From an uncultured Alphaproteobacteria bacterium (GTDB lineage Bacteria > Pseudomonadota > Alphaproteobacteria > RF32 > CAG-239), in contig CALXWE010000004.1 of NCBI GenBank assembly GCA_944392295.1, positions 45,819 through 109,818 on the forward strand: a DNA stretch of 64,000 bases, given 5' to 3'. The position numbers and the translations under genes were made by a program. Each line of letters starts with the position of its first letter. Positions within the stretch are counted from its first letter, which is position 1. The notes under the pieces are model-generated. The model saw nothing but the letters and a program-made list of their open reading frames with translations, did not search any database and was not told where the DNA came from. Shown one piece after another: positions 47,065 through 57,291 of this stretch.

Positions 47065-47119
47065 AGTATTTCTCCCCATAATTAACCATAAATCTGCCGA
47101 TATTCTAGATATATCTTTA

Positions 47120-47878
47120 TTAATTGTCAATTGCGAAAAATGACTTGCCAAGACGTAAAATCTGCTCGGCAGCTTCGGTATACGAGCCGTCTTGGTTATG
47201 GGTATAAAACGGAGGTAAAATTATGCTCGGAGCTTTGGAATCTTTTTGTGCAATCAACATTACGCGCTTGGCATTTTGCTTTTGTTTAGAATAAATGGGA
47301 ATTACTTTTATGCCTCCGGCCTTGCCTTGCAAAGCTGTTATAAATTCGTTTATGGCTTCCGTACGGTGTATGAAATATAAGTATCCGAACGGCTTTAACA
47401 TCTTTAGGCAAAAGTTTATCCACTGCGTTAAAGTAAAATCGGTGTGATTATGTGCCGTTGCTTTGCTTTTATTGGGAGAGGGCATATCGTGATCGGAGTA
47501 TGGAGGGTTAGATATAACATGATTAAAAGAGCAGGGCTTAACCGGCAGATTCTTGGTTTTAATGTCGCAGTTGTAGTAGCTAAGATTATCAAAACCGTTG
47601 GCTTGGGCACTTAAATTGCTGAGTTCTGCCAGCTCAGGTTGAATTTCAAGCCCGATTATTTTGTTTTGGGGAAAGCGTTTGGCCAAGCAAAGGGAAATGC
47701 CGCCGGTGCCGGAGCCTACGTCTAAAATACTGTCTTCAGGTTTAATTTTATTAGGTAGCGATGACAAAAGTACGGCATCAGATGATGTGTGGTAACCGTC
47801 AACGGGTTGAAAGATTTTTATTTGTTGATTAAGAAGGTAATTGTTGCAGTATTCCATATTTATTTTCCGATAGGGCAT
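47120..47878 (-). CDS. N6-adenine-type methyltransferase, TrmN6/YfiC-like (tRNA m6A37 candidate)
   Basis: SAM motif ILDVGSGTGGISLCLA and catalytic VISNPPY. Overall order resembles E. coli YfiC. Confidence 0.6.
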   Translation of the reverse strand: MPYRKINMEYCNNYLLNQQIKIFQPVDGYHTSSDAVLLSSLPNKIKPEDSILDVGSGTGGISLCLAKRFPQNKIIGLEIQPELAELSNLSAQANGFDNLSYYNCDIKTKNLPVKPCSFNHVISNPPYSDHDMPSPNKSKATAHNHTDFTLTQWINFCLKMLKPFGYLYFIHRTEAINEFITALQGKAGGIKVIPIYSKQKQNAKRVMLIAQKDSKAPSIILPPFYTHNQDGSYTEAAEQILRLGKSFFAIDN

Positions 47879-47963
47879 AAATTTATTGATAATATGCCGA
47901 AAAACTTTATCTTTGTAAAGAATTTAAATTGAAAAGACCCTTAAAACTTTTATCTCAAACTAA

Positions 47964-47990
47964 CAAAAAAGCCCCGATAACTCGGGGCTT
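47964..47990 (-). terminator. Rho-independent terminator after the small ORF 48008-48190
   Basis: The minus strand reads AAGCCCCGA GTTA TCGGGGCTTTTTTGT. Confidence 0.75.
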
Positions 47991-48007
47991 AACTTGTATA
48001 AAGAAGC

Positions 48008-48190
48008 TTAGCTACGCTCGCTCTTGCTTTTTGTATCTTGATTGACAGGAGTGGTAATAACTTTTAACTCTTCTTTACGAGAATCTTCAGCATTCATAAC
48101 TGCAACGCGTTCGCGCATATAATTTATGTTTGCCCGAAAGGCTCGGTTGCTAAATTCCTTTGCTTTCTTAACTGATATAACATTTACCAT
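48008..48190 (-). CDS. Small basic hypothetical protein (60 aa)
   Basis: ATG at 48190 preceded by GGAGAA. Followed by a strong terminator. No motif recognised. Confidence 0.45.
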   Translation of the reverse strand: MVNVISVKKAKEFSNRAFRANINYMRERVAVMNAEDSRKEELKVITTPVNQDTKSKSERS

Positions 48191-48329
48191 GACTATTCTC
48201 CTTCTAGCCAATCATCCTATTATGCTTAATGTAGCATATTTTATAAAACCTGTCAAGAAAATGTGACAAAAATGTTACAAGCCTTTTTTGTCAGGTCAAA
48301 ATGCTTATTTAACAATAGGTTATATCACC

Positions 48330-50765
48330 TTAGCCATTAATGCAGCCATGGGTTTCTTGAGCATAGTGAACGTAACATTTGTAATATTCTTCCAAGTTTT
48401 TGGCTACCATGTAATTTACCGTACCCTTAGGATATTGTCCGTTTTTATCAGGAGTACCGGCTTTCTTACCGGTTAATATCTCAATGCCGTCATCTACGGT
48501 ATCAACCGCATAAATATGGAATAAACCGTTTTCTACCGCTTCGACGATTTCTTCTTTCAGCATTAAGTTGCCGATATTGGTGCGCGGAATAATTACACCT
48601 TGTGTACCGGTTAATCCGTCATATTTGCAAACCTCAAAAAATCCTTCGATTTTTTCGTTTACTCCGCCGATGGGTTGAATTTCACCAAATTGATTGATGG
48701 AACCGGTTACCGCAATGTTTTGTTTTATCGGTAATTCGGCAATGGCCGATAACAGACAGTAGTACTCGGTTGAAGATGCACTATCTCCGTCAACCCCGCC
48801 GTAAGATTGTTCAAATACTACCGAGGCAGATAGTGATAACGGTTTGCGTTTGGCAAAGCGATTGGAAAGTAAGGCTTGCAAGATTAATACACCTTTGGTG
48901 TGAATAGGTCCGCTCATCTCAATTTCGCGCTCAATATCTACAAACTCGCCGTTACCCATACGAACCTGTGCCGTAATACGAGCCGGTTTACCAAAAGAAT
49001 TGCGTGAGAAGTTATATACTACCAAGCCGTTAATCTGACCTATACGCTCACCTTTAACATCCATTAAAATGGTGCCTTTATCAATCTGTTCAAGCATGGC
49101 TTTGTTAATACGGTCGCTGCGGTAAATTTGTGCAGATATTGCTTGCATAATGTGATTCTTTCCAATTTGTTTGGAGTTAGATACACGGGCCCAGTAATCC
49201 GCCTCTCTTAATAAGTCTCCGATTGAGGAAATGTGTGCCGTCAATTTTTCCGAATCGTCAGCTAACCGCGAAGCATATTCAATTACTTTGGCGACGGCCT
49301 GCTTGTTTAATGATCTAAGATGCTTCTTTTTGGTTAATGAACCGATTAATTTGGCATACTCTATTTCATTTTCTTCGGTACGATCCATTACTACTCCGAA
49401 ATCGGCTTCAACCTTGAAATAATCCGAAAAATCAGGGTCGCGCTCGCTTAATAACTCATATAATTCTTCATCGCCGGTTAAAATTACTTTGACATCTAAT
49501 GGTATCGGCTGAGGATCAAGAGATATGGTCGTAAAGCTCGTTTCATCTCCCGGAGATTCTATCTTTACGGTTTTGGAAGCCAGGGCTCGTTTTAATGAAT
49601 CCCAAGCGTAAGGCTGCATTAAAAGTTTGCGGGCATCTATTAATAAAAATCCGCCGTTGGCCTGATGCAAAGCTCCGGCTTTAATTAATGTAAAGTCGGT
49701 TAACAAAGCACCGTATTGTTGAATGCGCTCAACTTTACCTACCAGATTTCCTTGTGTGGGGTGGTCAAGCAAAACTATCGGGGCTCCCGAGCCGGGAATG
49801 TTTTTTACTACCACATTAACTTTGAATTTGGCAAACTTGTCTTCTTCGCTTTTGTTCATGCGGCTTAATAACAGGCTTAAAGCATCGTCCTCGCCGGCAG
49901 ATACCTGATTTTCATTAGAGGGCATAAAATCATCAATGTTTTCCAAAATGTTCTTTTGAATCGATTTTAAAAAGTCGGTTGCCGGTTTGTATGGTTTGTA
50001 TTTGCGGCGCAATTCATCAACCGGTGTGCTGATAACATTTTTTGCCAATTTTTCGCGTAAGTGCTCAATCTCTTCACGTTGTCTTTCTTCCCATTGAGGT
50101 AAATCTTGTGCGGTATTTTCAATTTCAACCTGCATGGCATTTAAATCATCGGTAATCTTTTGTTTTTCTTCATCCGATAATTGTTCAAAAGCTTCCGGAC
50201 TTAATACTTCTCCGTCTTTTACGGGGGCAACTACCAGTCCTACCGGCATGTGTAATAAAGAAACACTCTTACCTTTGGCTTTTTTTTGCAAAATCTTTAC
50301 GTATTCTTCTTTTTTACTTTTGTATTTTTGACGAATAATTTCAACCGCGGCTTTGTATTCGTCACTTTCCATAATGGCTGGTAAAGATGTGCTAAGTTCG
50401 GTTATTAAGCTGTCAACGTCTTTGGCAAACTCTCCGGCGGTTCCGGCTTCAAAATTAATGGCAATCGGCTTGTGCGGTTCATCAAAATTATACACATATG
50501 CCCAATCGTTAGGAGTGGGGCGCAGCTTTGATTCTTTTTCCAAAATGCGCTTAACCAAACTCATCTTACCGGTGCCCTCGGGACCAAAGCAAAACAGGTT
50601 ATACCCTTTCGATTTAATGTTGATACCAAGTTCAACCGCGCTTATGGCTCTATCTTGACCGAGAGCGGATAGCCTTTCTTCCAAATCGGCTGTCGAGTTG
50701 AAATCAAATTTGGAGGTATCGCATTTTTTGTAAAGCTGTTCGGGAGTTAATTTTGTAATTGCCAT
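48330..50765 (-). CDS. Lon-family protease, LonC/COG1067-like (AAA-like domain with helical insertion + S16 protease domain)
   Basis: P-loop GPEGTGKM. GGFLLIDA at the Walker B position. Long charged helical insert (aa ~130-250). C-terminal Lon protease domain with GGVDGDSASSTEYYCLLSAIA (Ser) and GGVNEKIEG (Lys). Confidence 0.8.
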   Translation of the reverse strand: MAITKLTPEQLYKKCDTSKFDFNSTADLEERLSALGQDRAISAVELGINIKSKGYNLFCFGPEGTGKMSLVKRILEKESKLRPTPNDWAYVYNFDEPHKPIAINFEAGTAGEFAKDVDSLITELSTSLPAIMESDEYKAAVEIIRQKYKSKKEEYVKILQKKAKGKSVSLLHMPVGLVVAPVKDGEVLSPEAFEQLSDEEKQKITDDLNAMQVEIENTAQDLPQWEERQREEIEHLREKLAKNVISTPVDELRRKYKPYKPATDFLKSIQKNILENIDDFMPSNENQVSAGEDDALSLLLSRMNKSEEDKFAKFKVNVVVKNIPGSGAPIVLLDHPTQGNLVGKVERIQQYGALLTDFTLIKAGALHQANGGFLLIDARKLLMQPYAWDSLKRALASKTVKIESPGDETSFTTISLDPQPIPLDVKVILTGDEELYELLSERDPDFSDYFKVEADFGVVMDRTEENEIEYAKLIGSLTKKKHLRSLNKQAVAKVIEYASRLADDSEKLTAHISSIGDLLREADYWARVSNSKQIGKNHIMQAISAQIYRSDRINKAMLEQIDKGTILMDVKGERIGQINGLVVYNFSRNSFGKPARITAQVRMGNGEFVDIEREIEMSGPIHTKGVLILQALLSNRFAKRKPLSLSASVVFEQSYGGVDGDSASSTEYYCLLSAIAELPIKQNIAVTGSINQFGEIQPIGGVNEKIEGFFEVCKYDGLTGTQGVIIPRTNIGNLMLKEEIVEAVENGLFHIYAVDTVDDGIEILTGKKAGTPDKNGQYPKGTVNYMVAKNLEEYYKCYVHYAQETHGCING

Positions 50766-50846
50766 TTTTTTAAAATTCCTTTATTACTTTCGATTGTGTT
50801 TACTAGTACTTATAGTCAATAAAAGCTAATTTAGTGTAAATGTTTT

Positions 50847-52325
50847 ATGAAATATTTTAATTTTGAACTTTTGGTATTTGTTTGCGTGGCGGCTTCTTGC
50901 TTTTGGACTTGGCGTTGCTTTGTGCTTAAAAAACACTTCTTGCTGATGATGCTTGAAAAAATTGTTTTAAAAAAACAGGCCGAAAATGAAAATTTAACTT
51001 TTTTTTCAGGACGTATTTTGCAACAACTCTCTTCCGTGCTGGCTAGGCAGAAAAAAATAAAACGTCAGCAAATTTTGACCGAATTACAAAAAGGAGAATA
51101 TCAACCTTTCTTGCAAATTTTATCTGATGATGTTGATAAAATAGGGTGTTTGGCCCATTTTGACATAAAAAAAGCTTTAGAATCGGCTGAGCGAAAAATT
51201 AAAGAAAATCCACAAAACGTTAATTTGCTGATTTTACTTGGATTTTTGTATGTTAATAATTTTGATTACGATAAAGCTCAAATAGTTGTTGATGATTTAC
51301 AAACTAAAAAACTTAATAAATGGCAAAAAGCTTATTTTTTGATGATGCGTGCCAAGTTGGAGTTTTATTTGGGAGATATGCACGAGGCTTGTGCCGATGT
51401 TTTGAATGCGCTACGCTTTTTTAAAAAACAAAGACTTGGTTTTGAAGAGGCCGGAGCCTATGGCTTGCTTGGTGAAATATACAGAGCCTGCGCCGTGTAT
51501 GATTTATCGCAAATGATGTTCGAGGTAGCTCAAAATTTATTTGATAAAATGAATCTTTCTGCCGAAAAGGCTAAGATATCGGCCCTGCTGGGTATGTTGT
51601 TGGCAGGGCAAAAAAGATTTAAAGAGGCGGCTGCTCACCTAAAGGAAAGCCGTAATATATTTAAAAAACTTAAATTTCACAAAGCTGAGGCTGAAGTTGT
51701 AAATCAGCAAGCCTTAAATTATTTGCTGACCGGAAAAAATGCTTTGGCTATGCGCTATGCACAAAAAGCCCTTGATATGCACATCAAATGTGAAAATATA
51801 GGAGGAGTTGCACAAAGTTTTGATTTAATGGCAATGTGCGCCTCGGAAAAGAAAAGTTTTAAGCAAGCTTTGCAGTTGGCAGAATCGGCAGCAGAAAATT
51901 ATCTGCAAGTTCGCAATTATTCCGCTTATGCCGAGAGCTTGTTTTTAAAAGCTACGCTGTTTTTTAAAAGTAATAATACCAAATCGGCCGAAAAAATATG
52001 CCGAGAATTGTTAAAGTTGTGTTCCGAACATAAAACGTGTTTTCATATTGCAAATATATATGCCATGTTAGGCAATATCTGTTTGCAGAAAAATAATTTA
52101 CATAAAGCCAAATCTTGGTTTCAACAATCATTGGCAAGAGAACAATCAGATGAACGCTATGCCGGTGCCGCTCTTGATTATTTTAATTTAGCACTTGTGG
52201 AACGTAAATTGTGTAATATGTCGGAGATGAAAAACAATATGGAAAAGGCTCTTGAAGCAGCAAAACAGAGCAATGACGAAAACTTGTGTGCAATTATCAG
52301 CAAACAAATTGCAAAAATAAGTTAA
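50847..52325 (+). CDS. Membrane-anchored TPR-repeat protein
   Basis: N-terminal hydrophobic segment LLVFVCVAASCFWTW, then many 34-residue A/Y/L-patterned repeats. Confidence 0.6.
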   Translation: MKYFNFELLVFVCVAASCFWTWRCFVLKKHFLLMMLEKIVLKKQAENENLTFFSGRILQQLSSVLARQKKIKRQQILTELQKGEYQPFLQILSDDVDKIGCLAHFDIKKALESAERKIKENPQNVNLLILLGFLYVNNFDYDKAQIVVDDLQTKKLNKWQKAYFLMMRAKLEFYLGDMHEACADVLNALRFFKKQRLGFEEAGAYGLLGEIYRACAVYDLSQMMFEVAQNLFDKMNLSAEKAKISALLGMLLAGQKRFKEAAAHLKESRNIFKKLKFHKAEAEVVNQQALNYLLTGKNALAMRYAQKALDMHIKCENIGGVAQSFDLMAMCASEKKSFKQALQLAESAAENYLQVRNYSAYAESLFLKATLFFKSNNTKSAEKICRELLKLCSEHKTCFHIANIYAMLGNICLQKNNLHKAKSWFQQSLAREQSDERYAGAALDYFNLALVERKLCNMSEMKNNMEKALEAAKQSNDENLCAIISKQIAKIS

Positions 52326-52412
52326 AATATTTATATTCGGTAATATATTTTTAATTTATTTGGAGTACAACGAAAAAAGTTATTCGTAGAAAATGACAGG
52401 AAAGGACTAAGT

Positions 52413-53831
52413 TTGATACTGTTGCAAGATATAGCATTGTTCTTACTGACTAACCGTCTAAGCATTGCCGTTACTCAAAATTTAAGCGGTATGGCAGGTT
52501 TTTTTCAACGCCATTTTTCGGGTACCGATAATTTAAGAGTTGTTTCCATTATCTTGTTGTTGTTAGCTTTTATCTTATTCTTATTCCTGATTGTTATCTT
52601 ATATATAAAATCTTTGCTGTCCTTTATTAAAAATGATGTTGCTCCCGGAGTTAAGGCGACGGGTTTTGGTGCATCTGCCGGCGGAAGAGAAAATGAGCAA
52701 GAAGAACAAATTATCGTAAAACAAAACGATACTTCACAGCAGCAAAAATTGGCCTACCAACAACAATTAAATAAAATGGAAGCAGAGCGTAAAGCTAGGG
52801 AACAGGCAGAAAAAGAACTTGCCGAACGCAGCAAAAAAGAAGCTAAAGAAAAAGCAATGCAAAATTCGGGAATGTCAGGTGTGCAGAGTTCAATGCCGTT
52901 TGCTTCGCAATCGGGCGGTAGGGGCAAGGCTTCGGCCAGCGAGTTTGATTGGCGTAAAGGCAGACAAGGTGAGCTAGACGAGATGGCTGCCGGTATTAGA
53001 CCGTTTAAGTATACACCTTCACATAAGCCTCTTGATGAAACGGTCGGTCTGATTGTTAATATGTTGGGTCGTGATATAGATGAAGGTAAAATAGCTCAGG
53101 TAGTAAAAGCTAAATGCGGCGATTTGGCCGGTGAAGATGATGTTATTCAAGTTATAGATTCTATTAAAAACTTTATATCTTTAAGTAATAACGGTAAATT
53201 TGATAATCTGCCAGATGCTCAAGATTTACCGGGTGCCGATGAAGCTTTGTATAATTTGACCAAAGGTGATCCTTCATATTGCTTGGCTTTGATGGAATCA
53301 TTGATGAATACCAATATTGATAAATGTCATCAGCTTAAAAATTCACCCAAAAGAGATATCGCATTTTTGGAAACCTCTAATTACGCATGTACGTTCGGAA
53401 CTTTGGCAAGTCTGCAAGATGTGCAACTGGCAACGGGCGCCTTTGAGTTGGCTATTGAACTTTCTCCCAAAAATGTTAACGCGTGGGGCAGAGCCGGTGA
53501 TATGTATGTTAAGGCCGATTCTGACAGCAAGGCTATTTGGGCTTACCAAAATGTTTTAAATATGGGCGATGAAGATATTTATCCGCATCAGGTAGCTAAT
53601 GCCAATAAGCATTTATCGCAATATTATTACGACCAAGGCGATACCAAAAAGGCAGCTAATCTTTATAATAAGAGTAACGACTACTATGCAACAATCGGTA
53701 TTAATCAAGATTTAACTGGCCGCGAAGAAGAAATCATTAATATTATAGAATCAAAACAAGAAGAAGATATGCCTGCAACCATCAGTAAGTTGCTAAATAT
53801 GAATATGAACCGCCGCAGCGGATATATGTAA
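52413..53831 (+). CDS. Membrane-anchored coiled-coil / TPR-like protein, function unknown
   Basis: TM segment VVSIILLLLAFILFLFLIVILYI. Q/E/K-rich coiled coil. C-terminal TPR-like repeats. Start uncertain (TTG at 52413 or ATG at 52491). Confidence 0.55.
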   Translation: MILLQDIALFLLTNRLSIAVTQNLSGMAGFFQRHFSGTDNLRVVSIILLLLAFILFLFLIVILYIKSLLSFIKNDVAPGVKATGFGASAGGRENEQEEQIIVKQNDTSQQQKLAYQQQLNKMEAERKAREQAEKELAERSKKEAKEKAMQNSGMSGVQSSMPFASQSGGRGKASASEFDWRKGRQGELDEMAAGIRPFKYTPSHKPLDETVGLIVNMLGRDIDEGKIAQVVKAKCGDLAGEDDVIQVIDSIKNFISLSNNGKFDNLPDAQDLPGADEALYNLTKGDPSYCLALMESLMNTNIDKCHQLKNSPKRDIAFLETSNYACTFGTLASLQDVQLATGAFELAIELSPKNVNAWGRAGDMYVKADSDSKAIWAYQNVLNMGDEDIYPHQVANANKHLSQYYYDQGDTKKAANLYNKSNDYYATIGINQDLTGREEEIINIIESKQEEDMPATISKLLNMNMNRRSGYM

Positions 53832-53856
53832 CCATTGTTTGTTTTGGGGTAATTAA

Positions 53857-54558
53857 ATGCTAAAACAGGCAGTTTTGTTTGATGAATTAGAAAAGTTACC
53901 CCCGCTTAAAGAAAATTGGGTAAGATTAGTGCATCGCCTAATAATAGGCGATGGTAAGGGCATTGATGATATTAAGCAAAATGGTTTAATCTTTAACAGA
54001 CAAGCCGCTGAAGTTTCGGTTTTGCAAAGGGGTGGAAATTACCAAAATTTAAGCTCCATGGTTTCGGTTTATAATGAAAATTTATTCTGGAAAAGTATGG
54101 AAAAGGACGATTTTGCCAATTTTGATAATGCCCGTTATGCCGATGCTAAATTGATTTTTGATGTACCTTTGGAAGAGTTTGCGTTTTTACAGGCTTACGG
54201 TAAATATGTAAAAGGCAAGGTTGATGCCAAATATTTGGTGGGGTGCGTTAAAAATGTTAATGCAAGCAATCCGACTTTAACGTTAAGCGAAAAAGAAGTA
54301 AGAAGAGCAAAAGAAAAATCGGTAAGCAGGCCTAATAAGAAGGTAGCGGAAAATAATGTAAAGTTATTGATAAACAGTTTACTAAATAAAGTAAAAATGG
54401 GCGATAAAGAGTACCTAAAAGAAGTAATAAACCAAAAGATAGCGGATGTAAAATCAGAAGTTGTTGAAGCTTTTAGGGAAAGGGAAGAAGCTCTTAGAGT
54501 TAATTTAAGCAGTAAAGTTAGTAATTCCGTTTTTAACGACCGCAATTTATCAAGATAA
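53857..54558 (+). CDS. Hypothetical protein (233 aa) with Lys-rich C-terminal helix
   Basis: ORF tightly following the previous gene. No motif recognised. Hairpin AGCCCCA GGTA TGGGGCT at 54566-54583. Confidence 0.5.
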   Translation: MLKQAVLFDELEKLPPLKENWVRLVHRLIIGDGKGIDDIKQNGLIFNRQAAEVSVLQRGGNYQNLSSMVSVYNENLFWKSMEKDDFANFDNARYADAKLIFDVPLEEFAFLQAYGKYVKGKVDAKYLVGCVKNVNASNPTLTLSEKEVRRAKEKSVSRPNKKVAENNVKLLINSLLNKVKMGDKEYLKEVINQKIADVKSEVVEAFREREEALRVNLSSKVSNSVFNDRNLSR

Positions 54559-54600
54559 ACAAAAAAGCCCCAGGTATGGGGCTTTCAGGAGCTATATTTA

Positions 54601-54677
<77 letters not shown>

Positions 54678-54800
54678 GAACGCTATCCTAACTATCATAG
54701 CATTTTTACTTTGGCAAGTGCTTTTTTTTCTTTGTTTATTTTTTTATAAAAAGTTAAGACTTTTTTGTTACTATCTAACCCTCAATGAAAGGGGTTTGCT

Positions 54801-55682
54801 TTGTCTGATACTCACTGCGATTTTTCCGTTAATTATAAAAATGTAACCGTATTTAATGAACAGGGAACCGATGACCCTAAATATCCGTTGCTTGTTTGTG
54901 TCCCTCATGCCGGTACTTATCTTCCTGATGAATTCTTAAAAGCTTCGCTCTTAGATAAGAAGCAGCTGCTTTCTAATGCCGATTTATTTGTCGATGAATT
55001 GGCTATGCCTCTGGTTAATATTGGTATTCCAGTGATTTCAATGCAAATTGCCCGCTCGTTTATTGATGTTAATCGTGATAAAATTGAACTTGATGCCAAA
55101 ATGTTTTACGACTATCCGGCCGATAAAATTGCCGTAGAAAATAATCGCTGCCGTTTTGGCTTGGGACTTATTCATAGAATCGATGCTGAAAATAACCCTA
55201 TTTATGGGGGGCTTATTTCTTATAGTGAAGTGCAACAGCGTATTAAAAATGTCTACGATGTTTATCATAAACGCTTGCAATACCTTATTAATAAATGTCT
55301 TAAAAAGTTTGGTATCTGCTTGCTACTTGATTATCATTCCATGCCTTCCAAAATTTGCAGCATTATTCCCGATAGCCCCAAAATAGATTTTTGTTTGGGT
55401 GATTTATTTTCTCAAAGCTGTCCTACGCAATATACTGCCTGTCTGCAGGAAAATTTGAAAAATAAGGGCTATATGGCAACCGTGAATGTACCATATTCCG
55501 GCGCCTTTACAACCTTTAATTATTGCCAGCCGCGGCGTAAAATCTATACGTTGCAATTAGAGGTTAACAGGGGCATTTATGCTGATGAAAAATCTTTTGA
55601 AAAAAATAATAATTTTCAAAAGGTTAGTCTGGATGTTGCCGAGTCTGTTCATGAGCTGGCAAAAAAAATGCTGGATTTTTAA
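54801..55682 (+). CDS. N-formylglutamate amidohydrolase family protein
   Basis: LLVCVPHAGTYLPDEF, SFIDVNRD and LLLDYHSMPS motifs, as I recall for the FGase family. TTG start after AAAGGGG. Confidence 0.65.
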   Translation: MSDTHCDFSVNYKNVTVFNEQGTDDPKYPLLVCVPHAGTYLPDEFLKASLLDKKQLLSNADLFVDELAMPLVNIGIPVISMQIARSFIDVNRDKIELDAKMFYDYPADKIAVENNRCRFGLGLIHRIDAENNPIYGGLISYSEVQQRIKNVYDVYHKRLQYLINKCLKKFGICLLLDYHSMPSKICSIIPDSPKIDFCLGDLFSQSCPTQYTACLQENLKNKGYMATVNVPYSGAFTTFNYCQPRRKIYTLQLEVNRGIYADEKSFEKNNNFQKVSLDVAESVHELAKKMLDF

Positions 55683-55873
55683 AAAAATATATGTTATCTA
55701 ACTACGAAATTTAATTTTCTGTTAATCTTTTGTTAGCGGAAAATTAAGCTTTTGTTTAACGCCTTTTTTAAGACTGCCGCTTTTGCTTTTATGCTTGCGG
55801 TTTGTAAGGTGGAAATCGGATAACGAGGGAAATCTTTTGCTTAAAATCGGCAAATATAGGATATTTTTTAATC

Positions 55874-56485
55874 GTGCTAAGAAAAATACTTTTTTTATTG
55901 GTTATTTCTTTAGTCATTGTTCACCCGCTTAAAGCTCAGAAAGAATACGAAGTAAATGCATCAAGACCCTTGCAGGCTGATGCTTCGGAGGTTTGTTCAC
56001 TGGCTGCGGCGCGTATGGAAGAAAAATACGCTATTAAAGATCATTTGTTGCAAACTATCTCAAGTGTTGAGACTGGTTTGTGGAATTATGAAAAAGAGCA
56101 GTTCGTTTCTTGGCCGTGGACTATTAATGTTAACGGACGTGGTTATCGTTTTGATACTAAGGAAGAGGCTATTGCTAAAGTTGAAGAACTGCAGGCTAAA
56201 GGAATAAAAAGCATAGATGTAGGGTGTATGCAAATAAGCCTTAAATATCATAAAAATGCGTTTGCTAACCTTGATGATGCTTTTGACCCTGATAAAAACG
56301 TCGAATACAGCGCTAAGTTTTTAACTAAACTTTATAAAAATCGCGGTAGTTGGCAGAAAGCTGCTATGGCTTATCATTCCAAAGTTCCTTCTCGCGGTTT
56401 GCGTTATAAAAATAAATTAGTATCTCGTTTTGAGCAAATAAATGTGGCTTTGGCCGATAATGCTCAGGATGTTTCCTTATTCTAA
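55874..56485 (+). CDS. Secreted lytic transglycosylase (SLT domain)
   Basis: Signal peptide. ISSVETG (catalytic Glu), WPWTINVNG, DVGCMQISLKYH and AMAYHS. GTG start. Confidence 0.7.
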   Translation: MLRKILFLLVISLVIVHPLKAQKEYEVNASRPLQADASEVCSLAAARMEEKYAIKDHLLQTISSVETGLWNYEKEQFVSWPWTINVNGRGYRFDTKEEAIAKVEELQAKGIKSIDVGCMQISLKYHKNAFANLDDAFDPDKNVEYSAKFLTKLYKNRGSWQKAAMAYHSKVPSRGLRYKNKLVSRFEQINVALADNAQDVSLF

Positions 56486-56500
56486 AGGATTTTTTAAGTC

Positions 56501-57226
56501 ATGGATAAATTTGTTAAACAGTATAATATTCGCACTTATGAATGCGATAAAAATTCTAACTTACGCATTTTGACTTTGATGAATATTTTACAGGATATGG
56601 CAGATTCCCATGCTACCGATTTACATTTGGGGTTAGAGTTCTGCTTAAGCCAGGGGTTGGCTTGGGTAGGCTCTAATTACCATATTAAAATAAACCGCTT
56701 GCCGACTTTACATGAAACCATTAAGGTTACTACTTGGCCTGCGGCTGAGAAAAAAATCGGGGCTATCCGTGATTTTGTTGTTGAAGATGAAGAGGGCAAT
56801 CAGATTATTGTTGCCTCAAGTCAGTGGATTTTAATTGATTTTAATAAGAAAAAGCCGGTTTCTTTGCGTGAGCATTTGCCTTTTTATCAAATTATTGATG
56901 AACGGGTATTGGAAACCGATTTTGTAAGATTGCCCGAACTTGAAAGAGTTGATTGCTCAAGGCAGTTTAAAGTGCGTTTTGATGATATAGATATCAATAA
57001 ACACGTTAACAATGCGGTTTATCCTCTGTGGGCAACAGAGGCTGTGGATTATGATTTTAGAGATGCTCATATTCCTGCGGAAATTGAAATTGCTTTCAAA
57101 AAAGAATGTCATTTGCAAGAAACCGTTGAGGTTAAAACGCAAATGACGGATATGACATCAATAACTTCAATTACTTCCTTAACCGATGGTCGTGAACTTG
57201 CTAAACTACGTATTCACTGGAAATAA
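56501..57226 (+). CDS. Acyl-ACP thioesterase (FatA/B-like, PF01643-type)
   Basis: Double hotdog pattern: YNIRTYECDKNSNLRILTLMNILQDMADSHA...WPAAEKKIGAIRDFVV...SQWILIDFNKKKP...VRFDDIDINKHVNN. Confidence 0.75.
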   Translation: MDKFVKQYNIRTYECDKNSNLRILTLMNILQDMADSHATDLHLGLEFCLSQGLAWVGSNYHIKINRLPTLHETIKVTTWPAAEKKIGAIRDFVVEDEEGNQIIVASSQWILIDFNKKKPVSLREHLPFYQIIDERVLETDFVRLPELERVDCSRQFKVRFDDIDINKHVNNAVYPLWATEAVDYDFRDAHIPAEIEIAFKKECHLQETVEVKTQMTDMTSITSITSLTDGRELAKLRIHWK

Positions 57227-57246
57227 GTTTAACCCGATAAATTGTT

Positions 57247-57276
57247 AAAAAAGCCTGCTTAATGCAGGCTTTTTTG
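57247..57276. terminator. Bidirectional terminator
   Basis: AAAAAAGCCTGC TTAAT GCAGGCTTTTTT. Confidence 0.85.
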
Positions 57277-57291
57277 TGCATTATAACGCTT

